Origin: Synechococcus sp. UW140
GTDB taxonomy: Bacteria > Cyanobacteriota > Cyanobacteriia > PCC-6307 > Cyanobiaceae
Assembly (NCBI GenBank): GCA_943369315.1
Contig: CALRMW020000005.1
Span: 123,956-187,955 of the forward strand
Direction of reading: 5' to 3'
Length of the DNA: 64,000 nt
Shown one piece after another: positions 40,400 to 51,663 of the stretch. The translations under genes were made by a program, and so were the position numbers. The notes beneath the pieces were generated by a model that worked only from the letters and a program-made list of their open reading frames with translations, was not told where the DNA came from and did not search any database. Each line of letters starts with the position of its first letter. The stretch's first letter is position 1.

Positions 40400-41182
40400 T
40401 CACATCCCCGTGATGCAGTAGCCGGCATCCACGTAGATCACCTGGCCGGTGATGCCGCTGGCCAGGGGGCTGGCCAGGAAGGCGGCGGTGGCGCCCACCT
40501 CGTCCTGGGTGACGGTGCGGCGCAGGGGGGCCTTCTCCTCGACGTTGTGGATCATGTCAAGGATGCCGCCGATGGCGGAGCTGGCCAGGGTGCGGATCGG
40601 GCCGGCGCTGATGGCGTTCACCCGCACCTGCTGCTCGGGGCCCAGCTCCGCCGCCAGGTAGCGCACCGAGGCCTCCAGCGCCGCCTTGGCCACGCCCATC
40701 ACGTTGTAGTTGGGGATCGCCCGCTCGGCGCCCAGGTAGCTCAGGGTGATCACGCTGGCCCCCGGGCTGAACAGGGGCTTGGCGTGGCGGCAGAGGGGCG
40801 CCAGGGAATAGGCGCTCACCTCCAGCGCCCGGGCGAAGCCCTCCGGACTGATGGCGCTGAAATCACCCACCAGCTCGTCCTTGCCGGCGAAGGCCAGGCA
40901 GTGGATCAGCACATCCAGCGTTCCCCACTGCTCGGCGATGCGCTGGAACAGGGCCTCGATCTGGGCCGGGTTCTGCACGTCGAGGGGCTCGAACAGCGTG
41001 GGATTCAGGGGCGCGGTGAGTTCGCGCACCTTGCCCTCGAAGCGACCCCGGTCGTCCGGCAGGTAGGTGATGCCCAGTTCGCAGCCCGCTGCCGCCAGCT
41101 GCTGGGCGATGCCCCAGGCGATCGAGCGGTTGTTGGCGATGCCGGTGACGAGAGCCTTCTTGCCGCGCAGATCAAGGAGCAT
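40400..41182 (-). CDS. fabI: Enoyl-ACP reductase
   Basis: ALVTGIANNRSIAWGIA, PNYNVMGVAKAALE, NAISAGPIRTLAS. Confidence 0.98.
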   Translation of the reverse strand: MLLDLRGKKALVTGIANNRSIAWGIAQQLAAAGCELGITYLPDDRGRFEGKVRELTAPLNPTLFEPLDVQNPAQIEALFQRIAEQWGTLDVLIHCLAFAGKDELVGDFSAISPEGFARALEVSAYSLAPLCRHAKPLFSPGASVITLSYLGAERAIPNYNVMGVAKAALEASVRYLAAELGPEQQVRVNAISAGPIRTLASSAIGGILDMIHNVEEKAPLRRTVTQDEVGATAAFLASPLASGITGQVIYVDAGYCITGM

Positions 41183-41210
41183 GGGGAACGGAGCGCCGGA
41201 GGGCGAAGGA

Positions 41211-41963
41211 ATGCAGTCCGGCGATTCTCCCCCACCCGCGGGGGGGCCCTGCCTGCACCGGCCCGGGCGCTGGCCGCCCCGGACGGGCGCCGCCCTGGCG
41301 GCGCCGCCCTGGCCCCCCGCCGGGTCCGATGGGCCTCCGCTGCTGCTGCTGATCGACCGCCGCGATCCGGACGTCCGGGCCCTGCTCACCCGCCTGGGGG
41401 ATCTGCTGGATCCAGGCGAGCGGCAACGCCTGGACCGGCTGCGGGGGGAGGGGGATGGCGAGCGCTTCCTGCTCGGTCGCGGCGCCCTGCGGCTGATCCT
41501 GGGCAGCTGGCTGGGGTGCGACCCCGCCAGCCTCGTGCTGGGGACGGGTCCCCATGGCAAGCCGGAACTGCTCTCCCCGCCGCCATCGGGACCGGGGACC
41601 TCGGGGCCGGACGGGGGATTGCTGTCCCCCCGCTTCAACGTCTCCCATTCGGGGGACCTGATCCTGCTGGGCTTTCACCCCCGGCGGCCGGTGGGGGTGG
41701 ATGTGGAGCAGCGGCGGCCGGTGCCGGAGTGGCAGGGCATCGCCCGCCGCTGTCTGCCGCCGGAGGAATCGGACGCCATCGGCAGCCTGCCGCAAGAGCA
41801 GCGCGAGCAGGCCTTCCTGGCCGCCTGGTGCCGGCTGGAGGCGCGCCTCAAGGCGAGGGGAATGGGTCTGTTCGGCCCGGCTCCGGCCCCGGGGGAACCG
41901 GAGCCGGAGGTCTGGCCCCTCCTGCTGCCGGAGGGGTACGTGGGCGCCGCGGCCCTGGCCTGA
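41211..41963 (+). CDS. Sfp-type 4'-phosphopantetheinyl transferase
   Basis: PHGKP, FNVSHSG, VGVDVE, WCRLEARLKARGMGL. Confidence 0.9.
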   Translation: MQSGDSPPPAGGPCLHRPGRWPPRTGAALAAPPWPPAGSDGPPLLLLIDRRDPDVRALLTRLGDLLDPGERQRLDRLRGEGDGERFLLGRGALRLILGSWLGCDPASLVLGTGPHGKPELLSPPPSGPGTSGPDGGLLSPRFNVSHSGDLILLGFHPRRPVGVDVEQRRPVPEWQGIARRCLPPEESDAIGSLPQEQREQAFLAAWCRLEARLKARGMGLFGPAPAPGEPEPEVWPLLLPEGYVGAAALA

Positions 41964-41982
41964 GCCCCCCGGGCAGCGGCCG

Positions 41983-42576
41983 TCACCAGCCCCCGTGGTC
42001 CGTCGCCCCGGGCTCCTCGAGGTCCTCGGGGGTGAGGGGCAGTCCCAGCAGCTGCTTTTCGGCCCGCCGGATCGCCCGAGGGTCGCTGAGCAGATCGGGT
42101 TCCTCCAACAGGGGCAGGACCGGCGGCCGGTGCTCGGCCGCGGTCCGCGGAGGCGGCTCCCACAGGAAGGTGCTGCCGGGGGCACGCTGGCGGCAGAGCG
42201 CCTCCGTCTGGCGCCGCAGGGCCAGACGCACCGTCCCCCGCTCCAGGGCCTGGAAGAACTCCTCCCGCGGGGCCAGTCCGAAGCTGGTGGGCTGGGGGCC
42301 GTTGCCGCCCCGCAGCCGGGCGGCATCCGGAAGCCAGCGCGGCCGGCAGAGACCGGGGCGGGCGGTGTCGGTCTCGATCCAGATGTGCAGGCCTTCGCCG
42401 CCGGGTCGGCTCACCACGGCGAGCCCGTCGTTGGGCTGGTGCCTCGGCAGGGGATACACCCGGCCGCTGGGCCGCTGATCGGCGGGCACACAGCCGGCGA
42501 GTGCGGCCGCCAGAAGCGGCAGGGCCAGCAGACGCGAGGCCGGCGGGCGATGGGCCAGCGGGCACGGTGGCGGCAC
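41983..42576 (-). CDS. Conserved hypothetical lipoprotein
   Basis: Lipobox LAAALAGC followed by a soluble domain. Start uncertain. Confidence 0.65.
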   Translation of the reverse strand: MPPPCPLAHRPPASRLLALPLLAAALAGCVPADQRPSGRVYPLPRHQPNDGLAVVSRPGGEGLHIWIETDTARPGLCRPRWLPDAARLRGGNGPQPTSFGLAPREEFFQALERGTVRLALRRQTEALCRQRAPGSTFLWEPPPRTAAEHRPPVLPLLEEPDLLSDPRAIRRAEKQLLGLPLTPEDLEEPGATDHGGW

Positions 42577-42655
42577 GGCGGGGAAGGCGCGATGGCGGCG
42601 ATGATCCTTGCCCGGTCTCCCCCATCCGCTCTGCAGCAAGGGCGGCAGCACAGCC

Positions 42656-43240
42656 ATGGTTCTGACGAGCTCCACCATGCTGCCCCTCGGCACGCCGCTG
42701 CCGCTGGACGCCATGCGGGCCGGACTGCGGCCCGTCGCGGGCGGCCCGCTCGAGGCCGCCGCCCTGGCCGGCAGCCCCGTGCTGGTGCTGTTCCTCTGCC
42801 CCCACTGCCCGTTCGTGAAGCATGTGGAGGCGGAACTCACCCGGCTCCAGGGCGACCTCGAGGGGCAGGCGAGCCTGATCGGCATCTGCAGCAACAGCAC
42901 CGCCAGCCATCCCCAGGACGGGCCGGGGGGGATGGCGGCCCAGGCCGCGGCCCGGGGCTGGACCTTCCCCTACCTGCAGGACCCCGACCAGAGCGTCGCC
43001 CAGGCCTTCCGGGCCGCCTGCACCCCTGACGTCTTTCTCTTCGACGGGGCCAACCGCCTCGCCTACCGGGGCCAGCTGGATGGCAGCCGCCCCGGCGGCG
43101 AGACCTGCGATGGCCGGGATCTGCGGGCGGCCCTGGCGGCCCTGCTGGAGGGGCGGCCGGTGCCGGAACCGCAGCGGCCGGCGATCGGCTGCAACATCAA
43201 GTGGCGGGCCGGCGCCGAGCCCCCCTGGTTCGGCGGCTGA
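42656..43240 (+). CDS. Thioredoxin/AhpC-TSA-family redoxin
   Basis: FLCPHCPFV CxxC motif, YPQD-like HPQDGP, AACTPD, YRGQLD, IGCNIKW. Confidence 0.9.
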   Translation: MVLTSSTMLPLGTPLPLDAMRAGLRPVAGGPLEAAALAGSPVLVLFLCPHCPFVKHVEAELTRLQGDLEGQASLIGICSNSTASHPQDGPGGMAAQAAARGWTFPYLQDPDQSVAQAFRAACTPDVFLFDGANRLAYRGQLDGSRPGGETCDGRDLRAALAALLEGRPVPEPQRPAIGCNIKWRAGAEPPWFGG

Positions 43241-43294
43241 ATCTTCCAGGGGGGCGGCGGCGGCGGTCGGATCCGCAGGCTTAATGTTGCCGCC

Positions 43295-44497
<1,203 letters not shown>

Positions 44498-44530
44498 GGT
44501 CTGAGGCCAGGCACACCCAACCCTGCCCGC

Positions 44531-46033
44531 CTAGCCCCGGGGCAGGGCGGCGTGCAGGGCCTTGAAGCGGGCCTGCTGGACCTTGTGGCTGACGATCGGC
44601 TCCGGGTAGCCGCGCCGCTCCAGTGGCGCGATGTCGCCGCTGATCAGGTCGGCGGTGGCCACATGGGCCAGCTCCGGCAGCCAGCGGCGGATGTAGGTGG
44701 CCTCCGGATCAAATCGGGCCGCCTGGGTGGAGGGATTGAAGATGCGCAGGGGCCGGGGATCCATGCCGCTGCTGGCGCTCCACTGCCAGCCGCCATTGTT
44801 GGCCGCCAGATCGCCGTCCACCAGGCGGACCATGAAGGCCCGTTCGCCGTGGCGCCAGTCGATGATCAGGTCCTTGACGAGGTAAGACGCCACGACCATG
44901 CGGCAGCGGTTGTGCATCCAGCCGCTCTCGTTCAGCTGGCGCATGGCGGCATCAATGATCGGCAGGCCGGTGAGCCCCTCCTCCCAGGCCCGCAGCCGCT
45001 CCGGATCGTCCTCCCAGGGGAAGTGGCGCCACTGGGGGCGGTAAGGGCCGTCGGCCAGCTCAGGGAAATGGAACAGGGCCTGCTGGTAGAACTCGCGCCA
45101 GACCAGCTCCTGCTCCCAGACGCCGATGGAGGTCAGGGCCTCGGCGCTGCGGGCGAGGGCCCGGGCCCCCTGGGCGGCGGCCCAGGCCTGGCGGGGGCTG
45201 AGGGTGCCGACGCTCAAGGCGGCGGACAGCCCGGAGGTGCCGGCCTCCCCCGGCAGGTTGCGACCCGGCTCGTAGGCGGCCAGCGGCCCGCCGTTGACAC
45301 CACCGTCGGCGAAGGCCTGCAGCTGGGCCAGGGCGGCCGCCTCCCCGGGGCGGCAGGGGCAGAGATCGGCGCCGCTGAAGGAGTAGCCCAGCGCCTCGGC
45401 GCTGGGCACGGTGTCCAGCCTGGGCAAGGCCTCCCACAAAGAAGTGCGCTCCGCCGGCAGGGCGCCGGGATCGAGATCCAGCAGACCGCTCGGCGCCGCC
45501 ACCGGCTCCAGGCCGCCGGCCGATCCGGCGCCGAGCGCGGCCCGACCCTCCACCTGGCCGCGCCAGTTGCGCAGGAAGGGGCCATAGACCCGGTAGGGCT
45601 CGCCGGCGCCGGTGCGGATCGCCTCCGGCGCCACCAGCAGCTGGTCCCAGTCCACCAGCACCCGGGTGCCCTGGCCCCGCAGCGCCGCCGCCACCTGCCG
45701 GTCGCGCTCGCGGCCATAGGGCTCCACCTCCCGGTTCCAGGCCACCACCGCGGCCCCCGCCGCCCGGGCCGCCAGGGGCACCAGCCCGGCCGGGTCACCC
45801 CGCAGGATCAGCAGCCGGCTGCCCGCCGCCCGCCAGCGGGCCGCCAGCTCCCGCAGGCTCTCGCAGAGGAACCAGGCCCGGGCCGGCGCCATCAGCGGGT
45901 CGGCCACGATCGCCGGATCGAGCACGTAGAGGCCGGTCACCGCCGGGGTGGCGGCGGCCGCGGCCGCCAGGCCCAGGTTGTCGGCCAGGCGCAGGTCGCG
46001 GCGATGCCAGAACAGCCAGCGCTCCGGGGCCAT
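44531..46033 (-). CDS. phrB: DNA photolyase (class I CPD type)
   Basis: WHRRDLRLADN, TSGLS, LVWREFY, GLPIIDAAMRQL, GWMHNRCRM, NNGGWQWSAS, RIFNP. Confidence 0.94.
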   Translation of the reverse strand: MAPERWLFWHRRDLRLADNLGLAAAAAATPAVTGLYVLDPAIVADPLMAPARAWFLCESLRELAARWRAAGSRLLILRGDPAGLVPLAARAAGAAVVAWNREVEPYGRERDRQVAAALRGQGTRVLVDWDQLLVAPEAIRTGAGEPYRVYGPFLRNWRGQVEGRAALGAGSAGGLEPVAAPSGLLDLDPGALPAERTSLWEALPRLDTVPSAEALGYSFSGADLCPCRPGEAAALAQLQAFADGGVNGGPLAAYEPGRNLPGEAGTSGLSAALSVGTLSPRQAWAAAQGARALARSAEALTSIGVWEQELVWREFYQQALFHFPELADGPYRPQWRHFPWEDDPERLRAWEEGLTGLPIIDAAMRQLNESGWMHNRCRMVVASYLVKDLIIDWRHGERAFMVRLVDGDLAANNGGWQWSASSGMDPRPLRIFNPSTQAARFDPEATYIRRWLPELAHVATADLISGDIAPLERRGYPEPIVSHKVQQARFKALHAALPRG

Positions 46034-46593
46034 CAGGCTCCCAGCAGCTGGCGGGCGCGGTACCAGGCGGTCACGGTCTTGCCGTCCAGGGCCTCGTCGC
46101 CGCTGGCCAGGAGCGCATCCAACTGCGCCGGCTCCAGCAGCAGCACCTCCATGTCCTCGTCGTCGTCGCCGGGGGGGCGATCCTGCAGCAGGGTGAGATC
46201 GCGGGCCAGGAAGAGGTGGATCACCTCGTCGGAGTAGCCGGGGCAGGGGTGCATGGCGCCCAGGGGATCCCAGCGGCTGGCGCTGTAGCCGGTCTCCTCC
46301 TCCAGCTCCCGCCGCATCGAGCCCAGGGGCTCCTCCCCCTCCTCCAGGGTTCCGGCCGGAAACTCCAGCAGCCGCCCGGCCACGGCGAAGCGGTACTGGC
46401 GCAGGATCACCACCCGGCCGTCCTCAAGCACCGGCACCGCCAGGGAGGCGCCCGGATGGCGGATCACGCCGTAGGTGCCCTCGATGCCGATCGGCAGCAC
46501 CACCCGGTTGAGCTCGAAGCGCACCTTGCGGGCCTGCAGGGCGGCGGTGGTCTCCAGATGGGTGCTGGGCTCGGGGGGCGGCAGGGGAGCCAT
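46033..46593 (-). CDS. NUDIX hydrolase (ADP-ribose pyrophosphatase-like)
   Basis: QYRF, EFPAGTLE...RRELEEETG Nudix box, PGYSDE, DGKT. Confidence 0.92.
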   Translation of the reverse strand: MAPLPPPEPSTHLETTAALQARKVRFELNRVVLPIGIEGTYGVIRHPGASLAVPVLEDGRVVILRQYRFAVAGRLLEFPAGTLEEGEEPLGSMRRELEEETGYSASRWDPLGAMHPCPGYSDEVIHLFLARDLTLLQDRPPGDDDEDMEVLLLEPAQLDALLASGDEALDGKTVTAWYRARQLLGA

Positions 46594-46646
46594 GGGGCGG
46601 GCCATTGGGGCCCCCAGTGTGACGGGCGGGGGCCGGTGGGCGCGGT

Positions 46647-47264
46647 TCAGGGCCCTTCCGGCCAGCCCGGCTCCCCCGCCAGGGCCAGGGGCGGCGGCTC
46701 CAGGGCCGCCCGCGGCAGGGCCGCCAGGCCGGCGGAAGCCGTGACGGGGGTACCGGCGGGCGCCACGGGAAGGGGCAGGTCCGGATCGATCGCCGCCAGG
46801 GGAGCCAGCACGAAGGCCCGCTCCCCCAGGCGCGGGTGGGGCAGCACCAGCTCAGGACCGTGGCAGGCCATCGCCCCGCACCAGAGCAGGTCCAGGTCGA
46901 GACGGCGGGGTCCCCAGCGCTCGCGGCGCTCCCGGCCGAACGCCGCCTCCAGCCGCAGCAGACGCTCCAGCAGCGCCAGCGGATCGGGCCAGGTCCCGAC
47001 GGGCCGCCGGGCGGGGCCATGCCGCACCACCAGGACAGCGTTGAGGTAGGGCGGCTGTCCCGGCGGCCCCCCCACCGGCTGGGTGCGGAACCGGGGCGAC
47101 CAGCTGAGCTGGAGGGGAGCCGCCGCCCAGGCGCGCAGCTCGGCCTCCAGCTGCGGCCGCACGGCCGTGAAGGTGGCGACAGGGTCGCCCAGGTTGCCCC
47201 CGATGGCGAGGGCCAGGCTGCATGGAGAGGGGCGAGCCGGGGGGGCTACCGGGGTGGGAGGCAT
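46647..47264 (-). CDS. folK: 2-amino-4-hydroxy-6-hydroxymethyldihydropteridine pyrophosphokinase
   Basis: IGGNLGD, YLNAVL, RWGPRRLDLDLLW, LPHPR, RAFVLAPLA. Confidence 0.95.
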   Translation of the reverse strand: MPPTPVAPPARPSPCSLALAIGGNLGDPVATFTAVRPQLEAELRAWAAAPLQLSWSPRFRTQPVGGPPGQPPYLNAVLVVRHGPARRPVGTWPDPLALLERLLRLEAAFGRERRERWGPRRLDLDLLWCGAMACHGPELVLPHPRLGERAFVLAPLAAIDPDLPLPVAPAGTPVTASAGLAALPRAALEPPPLALAGEPGWPEGP

Positions 47265-47268
47265 CGAC

Positions 47269-47400
47269 TCAGCCGCCGAAGACCGCCAGGTTGAGGAGGG
47301 CGGGCTCCCCCAGCCAGGCGGCATGGTCGGTGTGGTCGGCCAGATCATGGCCGGTGAGGACTTGGCAGCGGGCGTGAACGTTGGAGGGACGGCGGGTCAT
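47269..47400 (-). CDS. Putative 43-aa hypothetical protein
   Basis: [43 protein letters not shown]. Nearly all third positions are G/C, and it ends 4 bp before the folK ATG. Confidence 0.6.
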   Translation of the reverse strand: MTRRPSNVHARCQVLTGHDLADHTDHAAWLGEPALLNLAVFGG

Positions 47401-47507
47401 CGGCAACCGACCGGGGCCTGACACCCAGGCAGGGTATCGGGGCCAGCGGGCCGCCCCCTCCGCCACCCGGTCGGCGAGACTGGCCACCCCCACCCAGCCA
47501 CTGCCCC

Positions 47508-49619
47508 ATGGTCGTCAGCGGGTCCCCTGCCGCGCCCGCCGGTGCCGCCCCCACCGGCAGCTTTCCGCTGGCCGCCATCACCGGCCACGGCACCCTGAAG
47601 CTGGCCCTGCTGCTGGCGGCGGTGGACCCCGGCCTGGGCGGCGTGGTGATCGCCGGCGGCCGCGGCACCGGCAAGTCGGTGCTGGCCCGGGGGCTCCATG
47701 CCCTGCTGCCGCCGATCGATGTCATCGATCTGGCCGATGGTCCGGGGCTACGGCAGGCCGATCCCTCCCGGCCCGACGAGTGGGACGGCGCCACCCGGCG
47801 CCGCATCACCGAACTGGGCGGCGATCCCAGCGGCGCCGATCCGGAGGCCCTGCTGCCCACCCGGGTGATCCCTGCCCCGTTCATCCAGGTGCCCCTGGGC
47901 GTCACCGAAGACCGGCTGATCGGCTCAGTGGACGTGGCCGCCTCCCTGAACGCGGGGGCGCCGGTGTTCCAGCCCGGGCTGCTGGCGGAGGCCCACCGGG
48001 GCGTGCTCTACGTCGACGAGCTCAACCTGCTGGATGACGGCATCACCAACCTGCTGCTGGCGGCGGTGGGCTCCGGCGAGAACCGCATCGAGCGGGAAGG
48101 GCTGAGCCTGTCGCACCCCTGCCGCTGCCTGCTGATCGCCACCTACAACCCGGAAGAGGGGGCGGTGCGCGACCACCTGCTCGACCGCTTCGCCATCGCC
48201 CTGTCGGCCAACCAGCTGCTCGACACCGACCAGCGGGTGGCGATCACCCGCTCGGCCCTCGACCACGGTGCCTCCAGCGCCGCCTTCGGCGCCCGCTGGC
48301 AGGAGGAGACCGAAGCCCTCGCCACCCAGCTGCTGCTGGCCCGCCAGTGGCTGCCGGACGTGACCATCGACAGGGAGCAGATCCGCTACCTGGTCACCGA
48401 AGCCATCCGCGGCGGCGTCGAGGGGCACCGGGCCGAACTCTACGCGGTGCGGGTGGCCCGGGCCCATGCGGCCCTCTCCGGCCGCGACCGGGTGGACGCG
48501 GACGATCTGCAGGTGGCTGTGCGCCTGGTGATCGCCCCGCGGGCCCTGCAGCTGCCGCCCCCGGATCCCGACCAGCCCATGGAGCCGCCGCCACCGCCAC
48601 CGCCCCAGGGGGAGCAGCCCCCCGAGGAACCGGAGCCGCCGGAGCAGGAGCCGGAGAGCGACGAACCGGAGGAGCCGGACGACGACGACCAGGACGACAG
48701 CCCCCAGGACCAGGCCCCGCCCCAGATCCCGGAGGAATTCCTGCTCGATCCGGAGGCCACCGCCATCGACCCCGACCTGCTGGTGTTCGCCTCGGCGAAA
48801 GCCAAGAGCGGCGGCAGCGGCAGCCGGGCGGTGGTGTTCAGCGACAGCCGCGGCCGCTACGTGAAGCCGATGCTGCCCCGGGGCCCCGTGCGCCGCATCG
48901 CCATCGACGCCACCCTGCGGGCCGCCGCGCCCTACCAGAAGGCCCGCCGCGCCAGGGAGCCGCACCGCAAGGTGATCGTGGAGGAGGGGGACCTGCGGGC
49001 CAAGCAGCTGCAGCGCAAGGCCGGCGCCCTGGTCATCTTCCTGGTGGATGCCAGCGGCTCGATGGCCCTGAACCGCATGCAGAGCGCCAAGGGGGCCGTG
49101 ATCCGCCTGCTCACCGAGGCCTACGAGAACCGGGACGAGGTGGCCCTGATCACCTTCCGCGGCGAGCAGGCCGAGGTGCTGCTGCCGCCCACCCGCTCGA
49201 TCACCGCCGCCCGCCGGCGACTGGAGTCGATGCCCTGCGGCGGCGGCTCACCCCTGGCCCACGGCCTCGCCCAGGCGGCCCGGGTGGGGGCGAACGCCCT
49301 GGCCACCGGCGACCTGGGCCAGGTGGTGGTGGTGGCCATCACCGACGGCCGCGGCAACGTGCCCCTGAGCCGCTCCCTGGGCCAGCCGGCGCTGGAGGGG
49401 GAGGAACCGGTGGACCTCAAGGAGGAGCTGCGGCAGGTGGCCAGCCGCTACCGAAGCCTGGGTCTGCGGCTGCTGGTGATCGACACCGAGCGCAAATTCA
49501 TCGGCAGCGGCATGGGCAAGGAGCTGGCCGAGGCGGCTGGCGGTCGCTACGTGCAGCTGCCCAAGGCGAGCGACCAGGCCATCGCCGCCATCGCCCTGGA
49601 GGCGATCAACGGCTTCTGA
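47508..49619 (+). CDS. chlD: Magnesium chelatase subunit D
   Basis: AAA+ region ([17 protein letters not shown]), Pro/acidic linker, vWA domain DASGSM. Confidence 0.97.
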   Translation: MVVSGSPAAPAGAAPTGSFPLAAITGHGTLKLALLLAAVDPGLGGVVIAGGRGTGKSVLARGLHALLPPIDVIDLADGPGLRQADPSRPDEWDGATRRRITELGGDPSGADPEALLPTRVIPAPFIQVPLGVTEDRLIGSVDVAASLNAGAPVFQPGLLAEAHRGVLYVDELNLLDDGITNLLLAAVGSGENRIEREGLSLSHPCRCLLIATYNPEEGAVRDHLLDRFAIALSANQLLDTDQRVAITRSALDHGASSAAFGARWQEETEALATQLLLARQWLPDVTIDREQIRYLVTEAIRGGVEGHRAELYAVRVARAHAALSGRDRVDADDLQVAVRLVIAPRALQLPPPDPDQPMEPPPPPPPQGEQPPEEPEPPEQEPESDEPEEPDDDDQDDSPQDQAPPQIPEEFLLDPEATAIDPDLLVFASAKAKSGGSGSRAVVFSDSRGRYVKPMLPRGPVRRIAIDATLRAAAPYQKARRAREPHRKVIVEEGDLRAKQLQRKAGALVIFLVDASGSMALNRMQSAKGAVIRLLTEAYENRDEVALITFRGEQAEVLLPPTRSITAARRRLESMPCGGGSPLAHGLAQAARVGANALATGDLGQVVVVAITDGRGNVPLSRSLGQPALEGEEPVDLKEELRQVASRYRSLGLRLLVIDTERKFIGSGMGKELAEAAGGRYVQLPKASDQAIAAIALEAINGF

Positions 49620-50628
49620 CGGTGGGGGAGAGCCGGTCCTGGGCAGCCTGACGGGCGGCCCTGGCTTCCTGCTGGCGGGCGTCCTGGCGGGCCTTGCGGT
49701 CGCGCGCCGCATCCACTTCGGCGGGGTAGAGCTCCTCGAAGAAGCGGCCCAGGCCGATCGAGACGCTGCGGATGCCGTCGAGGAACTTGGGATCACCCGT
49801 GAGCTTGCTCATGTCGCCGCCGACGGCCGACCAGCGGTCGGTGAGTTGCTTGGCATTGGTGAGGGTGGCCTGCAGATCGGCCACGGTCTTCGGGTTGTCC
49901 AGCGCCGCCGCCAGGTTGCCGACGTGCTTCGTGGCCCTGGCGGCATCGGCGCTGGCAAGGTTGAGGTTGCTCAGGATCGGGTCCACCTTGCCCGCCGAAC
50001 GGTTCAGCTGGGTGACCAGCACCTGGGCATCGCGCAGGAAGACCTGGCCGCTCTTGGTGAGCAATTCGGTCTCCTTGGCGGTTTTGGAGAAGGCGGCGGT
50101 GGCCGCCACCATCTGGTGAACGAGCTGTTCCTTCTCGGCCTGGTCGAGGAGGCTCTGGACCGTCTCGGTGACGGTGTCGAGGCTGGCCGCCGCGATTCCC
50201 TTCACCTGGCCGCCGTTGCAGACCATGCGGGTGTTGTTGCATCCCCGCTCCCGCGGCCCCGGCAGGCTGGCCGGCAGGGGGGGACCGCCGGCCAGCAGGG
50301 ACACCTGGGCATCTCCCCCCAGCAGGGAGGCATTGCCGACCCGGGCCACCAGGGGCCGGGCCAGGCGCAGGCGGGGGTCGGTGATCTCCAGGTCGGCCAC
50401 CACGGCGGCGTCGGTGACGGTGACCCGGCGCACGCTGCCAACCAGCACCCCGCGGAAGGTGACCGGGGAACGGTCGGCCAGGCCGGCGGCATCGGTGAAG
50501 CTGGCGCGGATCGTCCAGGTGTTGCCGCTCAGGGAGATGCCTCGCAGCCAGAACCACAGACCAAGCCCGCTGGCGATCGCCGCCAGCAAGGAGAATCCAA
50601 CCAGGGCTTCACGGACACTCCGGCGCAT
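49606..50628 (-). CDS. mlaD: MlaD/Tgd2-family MCE protein
   Basis: N-terminal TM anchor, [20 protein letters not shown] motif, helical C-terminus. Confidence 0.85.
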   Translation of the reverse strand: MRRSVREALVGFSLLAAIASGLGLWFWLRGISLSGNTWTIRASFTDAAGLADRSPVTFRGVLVGSVRRVTVTDAAVVADLEITDPRLRLARPLVARVGNASLLGGDAQVSLLAGGPPLPASLPGPRERGCNNTRMVCNGGQVKGIAAASLDTVTETVQSLLDQAEKEQLVHQMVAATAAFSKTAKETELLTKSGQVFLRDAQVLVTQLNRSAGKVDPILSNLNLASADAARATKHVGNLAAALDNPKTVADLQATLTNAKQLTDRWSAVGGDMSKLTGDPKFLDGIRSVSIGLGRFFEELYPAEVDAARDRKARQDARQQEARAARQAAQDRLSPTVRSR

Positions 50629-50632
50629 GGGC

Positions 50633-51391
50633 TCAGTTCTCGGCCGGCTGCATCGGTCCGTGCAGACTACCGCTCCGAAACTGCACCACATAAGGATTGG
50701 TGCTGACGCGGAAGTCCTCGACCGAGCCGATCCAGCGGAAGCGGCCGTCGTAGAGGAGGGCCACCCGCTCGGCGCAGCGGTCGATCGTGCTCATCACGTG
50801 GCTCACCACCAGGGTGGAGGCGTGGACGATGCGGGAGGTGCGCACGATCAGGTCCTCGATGCGGGTGCAGGCCACCGGGTCGAGACCGGCGGTGGGCTCG
50901 TCAAAGAGCAGCAGGGGGGTGCGGGCCGACGCCAGGGTGGGGTCGTCGATCAGGGCGCGGGCGAAGCTCACCCGCTTCTGCATGCCGCCGCTGAGCTCGC
51001 CAGGCATGCGATCGGCGATGCCCGCCAGCCCCACGGCCTGCAGGGCCTGGTCCACCCGTTGGGCGATCTCCCGCTCTCCCAGACCGCTGAAGCGGTAGAG
51101 CAGGAAGCCGACGTTCTCACGCACCGACAGCGAGGCCAGCAGGGCGGGGTTCTGGAAGACCAGGCGCACGTCCGGGGGGTGGCGCTGGTCCAGGCGCAGG
51201 TAAGTCTGGGGCTCGCCGTGGATGCGCAGCAGGCCGGAGGTGGGCAGCTGCAGGCCCGCCAGCAGCCGCAGCAGGGTGGACTTGCCGGAGCCCGAGGGCC
51301 CCACCACCACGAGGCGCTCGCCCGGCGTGAGGCTGAGGTTGACGCGGTCGAGGACCATGTTGGATCCCCAGCGCATGCTGAGGTTCTCCAT
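50633..51391 (-). CDS. mlaF: ABC ATPase MlaF/Tgd3-like
   Basis: GPSGSGKS, LSGGMQKRVSFAR, LLFDEPTAGLDP. Start uncertain. Confidence 0.88.
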   Translation of the reverse strand: MENLSMRWGSNMVLDRVNLSLTPGERLVVVGPSGSGKSTLLRLLAGLQLPTSGLLRIHGEPQTYLRLDQRHPPDVRLVFQNPALLASLSVRENVGFLLYRFSGLGEREIAQRVDQALQAVGLAGIADRMPGELSGGMQKRVSFARALIDDPTLASARTPLLLFDEPTAGLDPVACTRIEDLIVRTSRIVHASTLVVSHVMSTIDRCAERVALLYDGRFRWIGSVEDFRVSTNPYVVQFRSGSLHGPMQPAEN

Positions 51392-51663
51392 CTGGGCCAC
51401 CGGAGGGATGGCCGGGGGAACTTTCAGCGCGAGTTGACTGAGGGCCAAGGAACCACGGCGAGGGGGCCCCGGAGGCCCGGCTCCCATCCTGCCGGTTCAG
51501 GACGGGCTTTTCATCCGTACAGTTCCGTTGGTCTGTGCCGCGTCGCCACGCCCTGCCCTTGACGGTTCGAGGCCCCGCTGCGAACGCCCGCCGGCGCCGG
51601 GGCGGCTCCCGCCCGGGGCGCCCCCGCTGGGTGGGCCGCGGCGACCTGCGTCAGCAGGACCTG

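Noticed and set aside
41211-41963. Sfp-type PPTase as a marker of an NRPS/PKS cluster
   Set aside because: No NRPS or PKS genes in the window. Cyanobacteria commonly use an Sfp-type enzyme for fatty-acid ACP, and it sits beside fabI.
48555-48730. Pro/Glu/Asp low-complexity repeats in chlD
   Set aside because: This is the known ChlD linker between the AAA+ and vWA domains.
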